A stretch of 64,000 bases of DNA, taken from Camelus dromedarius. Lineage: Eukaryota. Within the stretch, counting starts at the first letter, position 1, and each line of letters opens with the position of its first letter. A program made the translations under genes and the position numbers. The notes below the pieces were generated by a model. It did not search any database. It saw only the letters and a program-made list of their open reading frames with translations, and had not been told where the DNA came from. Where the stretch lies: positions 67,706,001 through 67,770,000 of the forward strand of contig NC_087437.1 in the NCBI RefSeq assembly GCF_036321535.1, read 5' to 3'. Shown here piece after piece: positions 39,311 to 52,479 of the stretch.

Positions 39311-40022
39311 TGATGCGCATTTGCCTAAATATAGTCGGCCTTTGCTGGAGATGAGGTGATTATAAGTGATACATAGAAAAACAGTTAACATATTTACTAG
39401 ACTTAACATTAATTTTAATATATATAAGAAAAATATTTATGACCAGTAATAATGGATTTCTAGGAACAGCAGTGATTATAAAAATAGTTTTAAAATATTT
39501 TATCAGATTAAAATGCACATTAAACTCAAGAAAATATATTTATAATAATACAGTTCTGGAAAAAGCCACAAAGGAAGTACTTGAATGGTGCAGGTTTAGG
39601 TAACACTGAAACAACTCGCACTTACTGGACTTCTTAAACTTCTCTCTTCAGAAACTGATGGCTTAGGGACTAGAAAAATCCACTCACACACTCACACAAT
39701 GCATGTTAAAATATCATTTAAAATGGTATTTACTAAATTGCTATTGTAAAGGAAATACCATTTGAAAAGCAAGTAAAACTTCTTATATGCTTTAGCAATA
39801 CCATTCGCTCTTTTCCCTCACTAGCTACTTCTCATGATAGTCCCTAATCTCCTGCCTCACTGTGATGACCCCAGGCATCTGACCAAGGTGGTTGTCTGAG
39901 CAGCTGAGGGACTTGATCTACTCCAGTGTTGAATTTTATTTAAGTCGTCACTCTCCAAAAGGGACATCGTGCCACAGATGCACAGGTAAATACGTCCCCC
40001 ACTCCTGCTTGTTTTCCTGCCA

Positions 40023-40532
40023 GTGGAAGGCACCCAGAGGCCCCCCGACCTGGTATTTATGTCCTCCTCTTTGATGTGGGCTAAGTCTGGTGGTTTTCTT
40101 CAAATGGATAGAATCTGACAGAAGTGAAGGGATGCCACTGTCATGATTAAATTACAAAAGACTATGACTTCCATCTTACTGGGCTCTCCCCTTTGACTTC
40201 TCCATTTGCACTTGGATAAAACAAGCTGCCATGTTGGGGAGGCTCACCTGGCAAGGGACAGTGGGCAGCCTCAAGCCACAAGCCCTCCAGGAACTGAGGC
40301 CCTCAGTCCAACAACCATGAGGAATGGAATGCTGCCAATAGTCATAGGCATGATCTTGGAGTGGATTCTCCTCCAGTTGAGACTTACGGTATTGCAGCCA
40401 TAAGAGATCCTGAAGGAAAAGACCCAGCTGACCTGTGCCTAGATTCCTGACCTACAGAAACGGTGAGAAAATAAATGTTATTTCAACTAAGTTTGGAAGT
40501 AACTTGTTATGCAGCAACAGATACATAATACA
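40023..40532 (+). mobile_element. MLT1E-type MaLR solo LTR
   Basis: gaagtgaagggatgccact...caagctgccatgttgggga...aggaactgaggccctcagtccaac...gattcctgacctacagaaac.gtgagaaaataaatg...gttatgcagcaacagatacataataca. Confidence 0.85.
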
Positions 40533-41049
40533 CTGTCTTCCTAAATTAGGCTTTAAAAGACCATTGTGTGGACTTTCTCTGTACCTGTGGCTGTATTTCA
40601 TTTACTTAAGGAGAATTTTCCATCAGATGTGTTTCACTGGTCTTAAACTCCCTGCAAGATACTCCCTATCTCTAACCCCACCCAACCAAAGCCATTATTT
40701 CTGGTAGATACTTTGAGTGTTTTTCCTCTCACATTTATTTATGAGTAAGTTCTATTAGCTAAAATGAGGTTTCTGTCTTTTCCTCCTCTCTGTCCAAGCC
40801 CTTCTTCTGCTGAGCCGTCTTTGTCTGAGCCCTCTGTTACCTGTGAAGCTAGTTAAGAATTTAACAGCCCTGCTTCTGTTAGGGAAAAATTCAACTGCCC
40901 TACTCCAGGAATTTCCACCCTCTCTGGGCACAGACAAAGATGTTCTGGGGCCTTTAAGGTATCAAGGTAATGTGGTAAAGTCTCTGAAGTCCTTGATAAG
41001 CAGAAACAGCTCCAAGTCCCAGGCTGAAGAGGAAATATTTCCCTAGTCT

Positions 41050-42220
41050 CCACTTTCAACTTTTCTTCTTTTATTATATAGGCCTTTAAAGCTATCCTTG
41101 TTCTTTTTAAGCACTTTCTTAGCTGCATCTCACAAACTGTGAGGAGCCATTCTTCTTGTTTTTCCTTCAGTCTCTTTTCTCTTTGTGATTCAGTTTGGAT
41201 CATTTCTATTGCTAGGTCTTCAAGTTCACTGATTTTTCTTCTTCTGCTGTGTCTAATTTTATGTTAAGCCCATTAGGTGAATTTTTAATTTCAGATATTG
41301 TATTGTTTACCTTTGGAAATTTTTTTTCATAAAACTTCCATTTCTCTCCTCATTATGCTCATGTTTTCCTTTAAACCACTGAACATATTTATAGCAGCTC
41401 TTTAAATGTTCCTATAATTCCAGCATCTCTATTTTTTCTGACTCTGTCTCCATTGACTGATTTTTTTTTCCTGTTATGCATGCGTTTTCTTGCTTTTTTC
41501 ATTGTAGAAATTTTTGAATGCCTAATAGATAATATAAAAATTAACCTGCTGAGTTTCTGGATTCTGTTGTCTCCTTTTAAAGAAGGTTGATATTTGTTTA
41601 TGTAGGCAGTTAAAATTACTTGCAAATCAGCTTGATTGTCTTAAGCCTTGTTTATTAGTTTACACTTAGAGTTTATCTTTTACTGTAAGGTTTGTTTAAC
41701 TCTACTGCTAAAGCAGGAATATTCTGGGATCTCCAATGAGGAGTCTCCCCGCTGGTTGGTAGGAAATCAAATGTGTCCCAAGCCTGTGTAGCCTTCAGGA
41801 ATTGTTCAGATTACAATTTGATAGTAACTCTTCTTTTTCTAGTGGTTGTCTTAGCTCAGTCCTATAAAGACTGATCTTTGCAGGCTTAACTTATTTTCAG
41901 CCAAAGCCTCAGGGAACCCTTGTGCAATTACTAGAGATCTTTCTTTGAATAACTACCTCCTCTCTGGTACTCTCCCCTGCAAAGTCCAACCACACCTGTC
42001 CCCTCAACTCTGATCTCTGTCACCTCAACTCAGCAAAATCACCGTATTCTCCTTGGATTTATCTTCCCTGTGCTAGGCTATCCTAAGGCATCCATCAATT
42101 GTTTACCTTTTCTCAAGGGTCAAAATCTAGCCTATTGCACAATGTCTGAAAATAGTTGGTTTCCATTTGTACAGCTTTTTATTTTATACAGTTTTCTTAT
42201 AGTTTCAGCAGGAGGCTAAG
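41050..42220 (-). mobile_element. Ancient L1 5'/ORF1 region fused to a small ORF2 piece
   Basis: Minus ORF 40853..41203 joins ORF1-like IQTESQREKRLK to ORF2-like IALKAYIIKEEKLK. T-rich + strand. Confidence 0.7.
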
Positions 42221-42825
42221 ATTCTCTTTGCCACCTTGGTTTTTAAACAGATCTCTGTTTCCTATTATCTTTGAAGAAATAAACACAAATTAGTGTATTA
42301 ACCTTTACTTCTTTTCTCCTTAGAATAAGATATAAATAATTTCACTGGAATTCAAGTGGATTATTTCCCATCTTCCTCAGGTTATAGACATCAACTTACA
42401 CTCAGAATCATGCCTCCCTTTTACAACAATGCTTTGTTATTAGTCCAAGTATTCTGCCTACTCCTTACTTTCTTTAGAATGAGTCTCCACTTAAGTCTTT
42501 GAATACTTATGCAAATACACACCTGTCGGTCCAGAGTCACCAGACTTCCAGACAAGCCCCAGTATGCCTGCATCTAAACACTGGGTATGGTTCAGTCTCA
42601 GGAGTTCCAGCCTCACCCACAAACCTTTATGCAGTCAGGAGAATCCCTGACTCTTCATCATATATGTATAATAACACACTGGCTCCATCTTCCTCCCATT
42701 ACATATATAGAATAGACAAAATAACTCCTCGTTTTTAATTATTTTCTTTAGAAATTTTGCTATAAGAGATGGACAATTTTCGTGTTTACCTCCTGTTTGT
42801 AGCTTAGGGAAAATATTCTGCCTGA

Positions 42826-42955
42826 AGCAACGATTCTTAAATGTTAGCAGACTGAAGAGTCACATGGACAGCTCTTAAAGATTCATAAGCAGGTTGTCTT
42901 TATTTTTCTAATATCAAATCAAATCTGACACCAGATCCCTCCGATTCCTAAGGCT
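42826..42955. mobile_element. MER5B-like fragment
   Basis: agcaacgattcttaaatgttagcagactgaagagtcacatggacagct...ccagatccctccgattcc. Confidence 0.45.
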
Positions 42956-44019
42956 AATGAAAAACTGATTTTCTGTCATTAATTGGGATTCTTCCCTTCA
43001 GGGCATGCAGTGATTCTAGGGATCGTACTCAAAGTGTAACTTTTAGGGGAGATAACTCTGTTCTTTGGCCCACATACGATTTCGTTTTCGAAGTCTTCAT
43101 GGCCCCTGAAGGGAAATGGTCCTGTGAGTTTTGTGCCACACTTGGGCAGAAGGCTCTTTGTCACACCTGGAAGCTAGGCTCATACAGTTTACCCTCTGGA
43201 AATGTATCATACAACCAGACCCCTCCCAAGGTTTTCTAACTCTCTAGGCTCTGCCAAAGAGTAGTGCAGGCATTCCCATTTTTTGCAGAGTCCCTCTCTT
43301 CTCTGGTCTTGAGGAACCTCTTCTGCCTCTGTTCTGCCCTTTTTATCCCCAAGAACTTGCCTTACTCCTCAAGGGTGTTGCATTATTTCCCATCTTCCTC
43401 AGGAAGATGTTGAGGTGATGGTTGCAAGCTCCTTACACGGCCATCAGTCCTAAAGTAATAGGATACTACCATCTCTATCCTTGAAACAGAGAGGGGGAGA
43501 ATTACAAAAGGAAACACACACTCACACACAAAAATTAGTATCTCAGTAATTTACCCTGCTGTATATCATTTTTTGTCTAAGTTCAGTCGGTTTCTGGTGG
43601 TCTCAAGCATGGTTGCTAAACTATATTTTCTTTAAAAATTAACTCTAATATCTATTATTTTGAAGTCTACATTATTTTAACTTTTATGATATGTATGTTT
43701 ACAGCTTGCTACACTTTCCCACTTCCCAAATAAAATGAATTATATTTGCTCACCAGGGATAGAGTCTAAAGGAGAAAGACAGACAAGGATAATTTTGTAA
43801 GAAATCAGAATGTATCCCCCTGATGATTTCGGCAAAAGAGCCAAAAGAATTCCTAAAGTGGCAAGTTTTTTTCTTTTTTCATTTCAGCAAGTGAATTTAG
43901 TGTCTATTATGAGTGCAATACACAGCACACTATTTTAAGTACTGTAGGTGGATTCAAAGATGGTCTCTATCCTTCAGATGCTTGCATTCTGACAGACTAT
44001 TATCCAGCATTATGCATAC

Positions 44020-44150
44020 CTCCCACTCTCCAACTTCACGCTCCTCTTTTTCTTCTATCTCCTTCTGCCTTTCTCTGTGTGTCTGTCTTTCTCTTTCTCT
44101 CTCTCTCTTTCTCTGACACTCTTTCTCTGTCTCTGTCTCCTCTTCCCTCC
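44020..44150. repeat. Polypyrimidine (CT-rich) low-complexity tract
   Basis: Degenerate (CT)n/(TCTG)n run, directly visible. Confidence 0.85.
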
Positions 44151-44359
44151 ATCCTGGCATTTCTGCTTCATTCTGCCTGTCAATCCAATTCTTTTCTCTG
44201 CTGACAGGTTTTCTCATCTTAACCCATTTCTTTTTCTTCTATCTTACCCCATAGTTAGCGTGGTGGCCACCTGACCCCTTTCTAACTACTTTTCACTTCA
44301 GTGCTCATTCTTACCTGCTTCCATCATTCAGATTTATAACTTGTAACTCATGTCTAAAC

Positions 44360-44540
44360 TCTAGTGTTCTTCACAGTTGTGTGGTACAGTGGGCAGGGCA
44401 ACTGTTATTATTTCCACACTACAGATGAATTCATTTAGGCACAGATAGATAGTGTTATGGCTGTAGTTTTGTAGAAGAAAGTGAAGAATAGAACAAAGAC
44501 CTTCCAACTCTCAATACTAAGTTCCTTGCAATTTATCACA
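44360..44540 (-). mobile_element. MIR fragment
   Basis: ggcagggcaactgttattatttccacactacagatgaa...ggcacaga. Confidence 0.55.
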
Positions 44541-45660
44541 ACGTCCTTCAAGACTCTTCTTGTTCTTGCAGTGTGGCCCTGTGCCACACACAAGGTTGTG
44601 TTGTTCAATGCCACGCAGACTTTTTTTTAACCATTCACCACCTTGAGGTCTTCTCTTCTCTGCCAGGGTAGCATATTCTGAGGACTCATTAGCTACTCAA
44701 CAAATAGTGGATGATATGATCCCAAATAAGGAACCGGCAAAATGTAGTACACTGGGATTGGGCAGGTGGAGAGCAGAGGGGCGTGGTAGCACAAGGAAAG
44801 GGGAGGCTCTTTTGGCAGTCCTGTTGGTTCCATCCGCACATTTTGTATATTTCCACATGAATGACTGTGATGGATGTTGCAAATGAGAAGCCAGTGCTAC
44901 ATCTCTCTTTTCACCTGCATGGCATTTTAGGTTGTAGGCTTCATTCCATGAAGACGGAAATGACATTCCAACTGTGAGTGGGAAGATTACCATTTTCCCT
45001 AGAAGCAGACTGATCTGCCCTTTAACACAAATGTTAAAAAACATGGAGATTCCTCCCCAACATACGTAACTGCCCTCTGATTAGGAGAAAGTTATCATTT
45101 TTTCTTCAGTGGCTCTGTGCTGCCTCTCTGCTTTGTTCGTGTTGCTCTTGGTGGGGTGCCACAGGGAACTTTAACTTGCAGGGAATGCGGTGCCTCATTA
45201 TGTACATCACATGGCCATGGGCTTTGCTTTATGCCTGTGAAACGGTTCTTAGTTTGCCCAGGCTTCTTTTTCACTTTAGAAGGAATTCATGTATCACAGT
45301 CTCCTTCTGCAGCCTCATGAAAATTAACACCTGCCTTCTCCTTTCTGCAAAGAGATGTATTGAAGATTTATGTTTATACGAAGGACTGAATTCCTTTGAG
45401 CAACTTGCCACCAATGGAAATGTTGTTATTATGTCCAATTTATGTATGGAGGAAGGAGAGTAGATTGATTGTGCGATTTGTTCAAGGTTATACGTTTAAC
45501 AAACATAGTTATCAAAACAAGAGAGAAAGGATGAGTGCACAGAAACCATCTCCCAAACAAACAGGGGTTTTACATCATTCAAAAGGAGTTCTTAAAAAAA
45601 AAAGGTTCCTGTGTCACATGTAGGGTTTCTGTTTGTGCCTGGTTTAAGATTAACAGCACA

Positions 45661-45858
45661 GCGGGAGGGTGTAGCTCAGTGGTAGAATGTGTGCTTAGCA
45701 TACACGAGGTCCTGGGGACAATCCCCAGTGCCCCTGTTAAAATAAAAAGCAAATAAATAAAAGACCTAATGACCTTCCCCCTCCAAAACAAACAAACAAA
45801 CAAACAAACAAACAAACAAAACTAATGAACCAAAGCACATTAAGTTGATTTAAAAAAA
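45661..45858 (+). mobile_element. tRNA-Ala(AGC)-derived camelid SINE (vic-1 type) with a perfect 15-bp TSD
   Basis: Head GGGAGGGTGTAGCTCAGTGGTAGA with A box, anticodon loop TTAGCAT and mutated B box GGGACAATCC. AATAAA-rich body, then acctaatgaccttccccc. TSD aagattaacagcaca at 45646-45660 and 45859-45873, preceded by TTT/AA. Confidence 0.93.
45784..45821 (+). repeat. (CAAA)n microsatellite within the SINE tail
   Basis: About 9 CAAA units, directly visible. Confidence 0.95.
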
Positions 45859-46234
45859 AAGATTAACAGCACACTTGGAACTTTCTTTTCATATTTCTCT
45901 GCTGTTGCACATAATTTCACTTCCCATATAGTCCTATACCAAACTCACCTACCTCCCAGACTCATCTCAGCTCCTTGGATTCTGAAGGTGGAATGTTGTA
46001 GAAGAAAGAACAAGGGCTCAGAACCCCACTGTGGCCACAGGATTGACAAACTCTGAGTCACAGTTTTTTCATCAGCTAGGCAGGATAAAGAATAGTCCTT
46101 TATTTGAAACGGTTGTAGACAATGAGATAGGCAAGAGAGGTACTTGTAAATTAGAAGACTATATAATTCTAGTTATTATTTTTATGATCCTTCCTTTGCT
46201 CTGCAGATTCTGCCTGGCTTTAATATAATACTCT

Positions 46235-46390
46235 GTTTACACTCTATTAATATGTCTGTTTGCGAATTGCTTTCTAAACCTTCCCAAGCCCTTTTTGTGA
46301 CTTATAAATTCTCCAAGGACAGGACTATATCTTCTGTTTCTTTTATATCCAGTGCCTGCTGCTCCCACACTGGTGCATTGTCAATCGATA
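46235..46390 (+). mobile_element. L2 3' end fragment
   Basis: ataaattctccaaggacaggactatatcttc...tatatccagtgcctg. Confidence 0.55.
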
Positions 46391-47759
46391 TCACCTTGAA
46401 CATAAAGTGCCCTGAAAAGCATGTGACGGAAAATGACTTTGGATCGTCCACAGACGATGACACCAGCAATCTAGATGGTGTGCTTCAGTCAGAAGAATGA
46501 GAGCAGGAACTGGACAAGGTGGTTGTAAACTATAGCAGTCTGGACATGAAGCCACAGAACAGATGTTTATTAGTGATAGCAACAGACTTGTGGGGGTAAA
46601 ACGTGCAGGAGGTGAAAAAAAAAATGTACTGCCTGATGAATGAAAGCACTGTTCCCTTGTTAAGTCAAACCATGCAAACTGCATGGCTTAGCAAGTGGAG
46701 AGCTGTTGGGGTCCCTGTATTTATTCTCTGTGAGGCTTATCTTTCTCTTGAGGCACTTTCCTGGGACCCCATTGCCCCTGGCTTTTCCCTAGGACACTGT
46801 TCTCTTCCCTGAAAGCTCAGGCCCAAATGCAGACAAAAATCCCTTTAGTACAGTTAAGAAGAGCTGAAAATGTCAAGAAGTTTCCTAACAGCCACAAAAG
46901 AGAAAAGAAAAACAAAAGGCACAAAAATCTCAAATCAGTACATTTTACAAAGCATAGGTCCTTAACCCATGAGATGCGCCAACTTTTCCCCAAGGTTCAC
47001 AGCTTGGTCCTGTTCGGAACAGGTACATTTACTTCTGTCAAGATCTACATCTTGCCTTGTTTTCCTGCATCCAAAAGCTGACTTGATATGATGTTGCTAA
47101 TACACCTCCCTGTTTGTCTTTGCTGCTTGGTTACAAACTGTGGTGTAAAGACTAAAGGAGAACCTCTTCATTCTCTCCATCCACCATCAAGGACTCTTTT
47201 ACTAAGTTTTTTTATTTCATGAGAGCAAACATTTCCTCTGCCCATTGCCATAGCTTGTGCTTGAGATTCCACATATTTTACAAATGAGTGATGGCTTCTT
47301 GCCCTTTTGCATGAGGGCATCTCATTTTCACAATAAAAATTATATCCACACCACATGAATTATGCACATGACAAAATGAGGGCTTCTTCACACTGGAAAA
47401 AATGGATTGTACCTTTTGAAGATTCCTACATTAATTTCTAGGAAAACCCATGGGTTTGAGGGTGTGGCTGTCTGTGTTTTCCATTTCAATCCCTATAGCC
47501 TACAATAGGGTAATTACTAGTGATTGTTTGGTGCTGTAGCAGGGACCTGACTGTGATGCAATTGCTAGCGTATTAAACAACAAATCATTTGCTTTCTTTC
47601 TTGTAGTCTTTCAGAAGTCTTGTAGTCTATCAGATGTGTAGAAAATGAGTCCCTAGTTGAAACTCTCTTATGTTCTAAAGACTAAAAGAAAACTGAGTCA
47701 CAGGAAGGCTCTTGAGAAAACTTGGGACAATTTCCCTCAATGATAACAATTTTTAAAAT

Positions 47760-47824
47760 TATAATAATGTCACAACCAAGATATATTCACATCTTATTCA
47801 GATGTTCCCAATTTTACCTGGACT

Positions 47825-47879
<55 letters not shown>

Positions 47880-49760
47880 CTGTGTATCAGGTACTATATG
47901 TTTTCATCATCTGTGTATGCAGCACTGCAGACAAGATATCCAACAATTCCAACACCACAAGGATCCCTTGTGTTGTCCTCTTATAACCACACCTGTCTCC
48001 CTCTTGCACTCCCTACTCCAGCCCCTAAACCCTGGCAATTGTTCATCTGTTCTCCATTTCTAACATATTGTCATTTCAAACATTTTCTAAAACAGAATCA
48101 TATAGTCTATAACTTTTTGAGACTGGCTTTTTTCATTCAGCATAATTTCATAGAGATCCATCCAACTTGTTGCTTTCAATAATTCATTCATTTTATTAAT
48201 GAGTTATATTCATTGGTCTGTATGTCCCACAGATTGTTTAAACATTTGCTTGTTGAATCTATGGGCTAGTCCTAGTTTTTGACTATTGTAAATAAATCTG
48301 TTATGAGTTTTCGAGGGTTTTGGCGAAAATAGTTTTCATTCCTCAGGAACAGAAGCGTTAAGAGTTTTATCAGTCATATCTGAGTGATAGTTTCTCCAAA
48401 TCCTTGTCGGTATTTGGAGTTGCCACTACTTTTTATTTTAACCGTCCTGATAGGTATGTGGTGGTATCTCATTGTGGTTTTACTTTGCGTCTCTGTGATG
48501 GCTAATGATGTTGAGTATCTTTTGATGTTCTTACTTGTCATCTGTATATCCTCTTCAGTGAAATGCCTGTTCATGGCTTTTGCCCATTTTTTAATTAGAT
48601 TGCATAATATTTATTTATTACTATTCTGTATTGAGAGTTATTTATATGTTCTCAATACTAGTCTTTTGTCATATGTGGTTTAAAAATATTTTCTCCTAGT
48701 CTGTGGCTTCTCTTTTCATCCTCATAATATGGGCTTTCATAGAGCAAAAGTTTAATTTTCATGAGATCTAACTTATCAAATTTCCTTTTATGGCCCTTAC
48801 TTTTGTGTAAAGTATAATAGCCTTTGATTTGCTCTAGATCCCAAAGATTTTTCTCCTATTTTTTTCTAAAAATTTTGTTTTATATTTTAATTTTATGATT
48901 CATTTTAATTAATTGTGTAAGATATGAGGTATGAGATTTAGGTAGAGGTTCATTTTTTTCTTTTGCCTATGAATATTTCATTGATATAGAACTTTTTGTC
49001 AAAAAGGCTATTCCTCTTTCATTGAATTGCTTTCTCCTTAAAAAATAATTTGATTATATTTCTATGGGTCTATTACTAAGTTCATTATGTGTTCAACTGA
49101 CCTATGAATCTATTCCTCTGCCAATATCATACTGTCTTTAATGCTTATAGCTATATGTTGAGCTTCAAATTGGGTAGAGTGATACCTCCCCTTTATTCTT
49201 CTTTGCTAAGGTTGCTTTAGTTATTCTTTGACCTATGCCTTGGAATAATCTTGTTTACATCTACAAAAATAACTTGCTAGAATTTTGATAGGAATTACAT
49301 TAAACTTATACCCCAGTTTAGAGAGAACTGACATTTTTACCATGTTGAGTATTTGAATCCATGAACATGGTATATTTCTCCATTTATTTAGATCTTCTTT
49401 GATTTATCAACATTTTGTAATTTTTAGCATGAACATCCTATGCATATTTTAAGTGTATCCCCAAGCATTTGATTTTCTTTGGAGTAACTATAATTGGTAT
49501 TGTGTTTTTAATGTCTGTTCCTGTATGTTCATTGTTTGTATACAGAAATTTAATTGATTTTTGTGTGTTGAACTTGTATCTTATGACCTTACTGAACTGA
49601 GTTATTTGAGAGTTTTTGTAAATTCTATGATTTTCTATGCCGACAATCATATCATGGCAAATAGAGATAGTTTTTATTCCTTTCTTTCCAGTCTGCATGC
49701 CTGGTTAGAACTTTCAGTTCTATGTTGAACAAGGCTGTAAGAATGGACGTTGTGACATAA
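47760..49760 (-). mobile_element. L1MC-type 3' UTR plus ORF2 fragment
   Basis: caccacaaggatcccttgtgttgtcctcttata 3' UTR motif. Minus ORF 48374..48574 reads MNRHFTEEDIQM..K..KRYSTSLAI.E.Q.KTTMRYH; ORF 49438..49698 is RT-distal ORF2. Confidence 0.9.
47827..47885 (+). repeat. Interrupted (TG)n microsatellite
   Basis: (TG)16, a TT interruption, then ~(TG)9; directly visible inside the L1 3' UTR. Confidence 0.95.
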
Positions 49761-50706
49761 GTAATATGTTTGAAAAGCACACTGAAAAAAAAAGGATATA
49801 TTCAAAGGAACAGAACTTGGCTTTGTTCAGCCCATTGGAAGAGCCTGGATAGTTTGGTGTATATAACCATACACTTATTAAAAGCCTAAATCTTTTAATA
49901 TTTGAGGGCTCAATTTGGAAACAAAGGCATAACAATTTTATATTGCCACATGAAACTGGACCAGATTTGGAAAAAACCTGTGAAAAGGAAAGTTTTAGCT
50001 TAGAAGAAGAAACAGCATTATAGTAGGAAGACTTCCCTAGCATTGGTGAAGAATGTCTCATGGAGGATCAGGTCTCTTTTCTAATGGTATTCAAACAGAG
50101 GCAAGATTATCTTCTACGCAGAACTATGTAGAAAGTACTCCTTCCTGAGTCCCAGGTGCCCTCCAAAGCCTCGTGCCATTGTGCATTCTGTTCTACTAAG
50201 AGCCTACAATTGTTCTCCCTTTTCTAAAAACACATTCATTTGCATTTTTTCTTTTATGTACTTATTGGATCCTGCTTTTTTGTGCATGTATAACTTTGGA
50301 CACAGAAAATTTTCTCAGCTCATTAAGCTAATTAATAGTGGGTGGCCATGGTGATGGTAACCCAAGAGTCATCAGGCCATGGAGATAACACAGCCCTAAA
50401 TAAAGTTGTTGGGTAATAAGTACAGCAGTACACCTTCAGTCACTTTTTTGAATAAATTGCTTTTTTCCCCCTCTTTTAACTACATACTTGCCATTTTACT
50501 CTATTTAAAATCCTTGCATTTTCTCCCCAGATCAATGTGAGGGCACAAAAAATAGATCCTGCTGTGCACTTATATCTTATGAATGTAATTGCCTGCCTTG
50601 TATAGAATTATAGTATATATATATATATATATGTACATATATATATGGTATAGAATTAACAAAGTTGTAATAAAAAGAAAAGGAGGGGAAATAGAGATGA
50701 AGTGTG

Positions 50707-50868
50707 AAGCCAGGACTAGGGTGAGCAAAGGAGGCACCCAGGATGCAAATGTAGGAAGGCACTCACCCATTCTCAAGCTCTTTCAAGTGCTGGGTAACAC
50801 CTGAGAGTGAGTGCCTCGTTAAATGCTGTGCCCTGGGCACCCAGCTTCTCCACCCAGACCCAGGCTGC
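50707..50868. mobile_element. MER91A-like palindromic hAT-Tip100 MITE
   Basis: Imperfect inverted arms gccaggactagggtgag...aggcactcac / gtgagtgcct...cacccagacccaggctg. Confidence 0.75.
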
Positions 50869-51139
50869 AGACTATTGATCCATCCTTAAGTAACAATAGC
50901 TGGTAGAAAATTTTATTTCTAGTTTAATCAAAACACAAATATGCTTAAAGAAAAAGAAGAATTTGTTCAAACATAATGTTCAGGTAGCTTTATTTCTTCA
51001 CAATAATTCCTTATATGAGACTTTTGTCTTCCTTCATGACTTTGAGCTTATTATATTAAATGACATAAAATCATAATTTTTGTAGGTAAAAAAGTTGAGT
51101 ACTTGCTATTTCATGTGGTTCTTTCAACCTATTTCTCTG

Positions 51140-51330
51140 TGGTGTAGTGAAAGGAACATGAGTGAAGGAGTCATATCTGTGTTCAAATTCTAACTGTATC
51201 ATTTAACAGCTATGTTTGCTAGAAAATTGCTTGTCTTTTTGGTTTTCTCATATGTATGATATTCCAGGATTGTTTTGATTATTAAATGAGGTGACCTAGC
51301 TACACAACTGCTATTAATTATTAGTCTTAC
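51140..51330 (+). mobile_element. MIR SINE
   Basis: gtggtgtagtgaaaggaacatg...gttcaaattctaactg...ggattgttttgattattaaatgag. Confidence 0.7.
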
Positions 51331-51399
51331 GCACTATGCCTGACTACTGAAGAAATTCCAGGGTAGAAATCTAAAATAGTTATGGTTGTGCAAGTATCA

Positions 51400-51560
51400 A
51401 GGCAGAAGTGTGGTGGATATTTTATGAGGCTCAAGACTAGGGATTTACAAAGCTGCCAGAGTATCAGATTCTGACACAGTTAGTCCAGGGTGGAGCCTGT
51501 TTACTTGTATTTTTAATGAGCTACATTGGTGACTGAGATGTGCAGCCACGTTTGAGATTT
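51400..51560. mobile_element. MER5-like fragment
   Basis: cagattctgacacagttagtccagggtggagcctg...tgtatttttaa...gatgtgcagccacgtttgaga. Confidence 0.55.
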
Positions 51561-52479
51561 ACCCCCATAGCAAGAGTTCCCTTCTGACAAGTCTTATAAT
51601 TGTTTATCAGATTCTGTTTTGAGCACCTTTTTTTTTTCTTTTTCAGAAAAACACTCATGATACCTTTACTTTCCTTTGTAAATTCTTCCCAGAGAAGACC
51701 CTGAGCTAACTTGATGTGTGCCTTCCTCGTGTGCACAAGAGAAGCCTTTTGTTCTAGCTTTGTCCTATGAATCTGACAGTTTCGCTGGGCGCTTCTCAGA
51801 GAACAACTTTTAATTAAAAAAAAGTCAAACAAGATTACTTAGCTTTCTCTTTGAAAGGCATTATTGTTCGTCTCCACAAAATCCTTTTTTCTCTTTAACT
51901 TTCTTTCTTTGAGATATTTGAGTTCAGCAGCATCCTCTGTGTCAGCTTCTGGCTAAAAAAGATGTCTCTTGGCCTGTTGCTATTGTCCGTGACTGCCATG
52001 GCAAAACAATCCTTGCCAATAGCCCAGTGTGCTGGGCTGCCACTGATAAGAACCCTCCTTTCCTTTGCTGGGCATCTTGTTCAGATGCTATGGCAGAAGC
52101 TCTGTGACACTCTGGGGAGCAGCTTGAATGTCATCTTGGTGGCTCACAGCCAGCATTTCTGTGGAAGAGGAATCTCGGACACAATCCAGAATATCCTGAG
52201 TAGAGGGTTGTCCAGAGGCTCCTACCTCCTGTGGAGTTGAAACCTGTGTTTTTGACCTTCAACTCTGATAGTCTAAATTTTATTCCAGTAAATTTATCTT
52301 GATTAAATCTAGCCCATTCTAGAAAAAGAAACTTGTGAGAGAGTTGTTTGGTACTTTAGGAGTAAATGCTAAAGATAAATTGGAACTTTCACGTAGTTTA
52401 TAGCATAAATGTAACTTTCAAATAATTGAAGTTATTACTTTATTTCAATAATGTTGTCATTCACACAACAGGTTCTCAG

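Noticed and set aside
43913..44274. ER-rich and SL-rich ORFs
   Set aside because: Translations of the CT low-complexity tract.
45663..45734. Functional tRNA-Ala(AGC) gene
   Set aside because: Mutated B box/T-loop, a mismatch in the anticodon stem, and an A-rich tail with TSD all indicate a SINE head.
47722..48182. CV-repeat ORFs (113 and 126 aa)
   Set aside because: Translations of the TG microsatellite within an L1 3' UTR.
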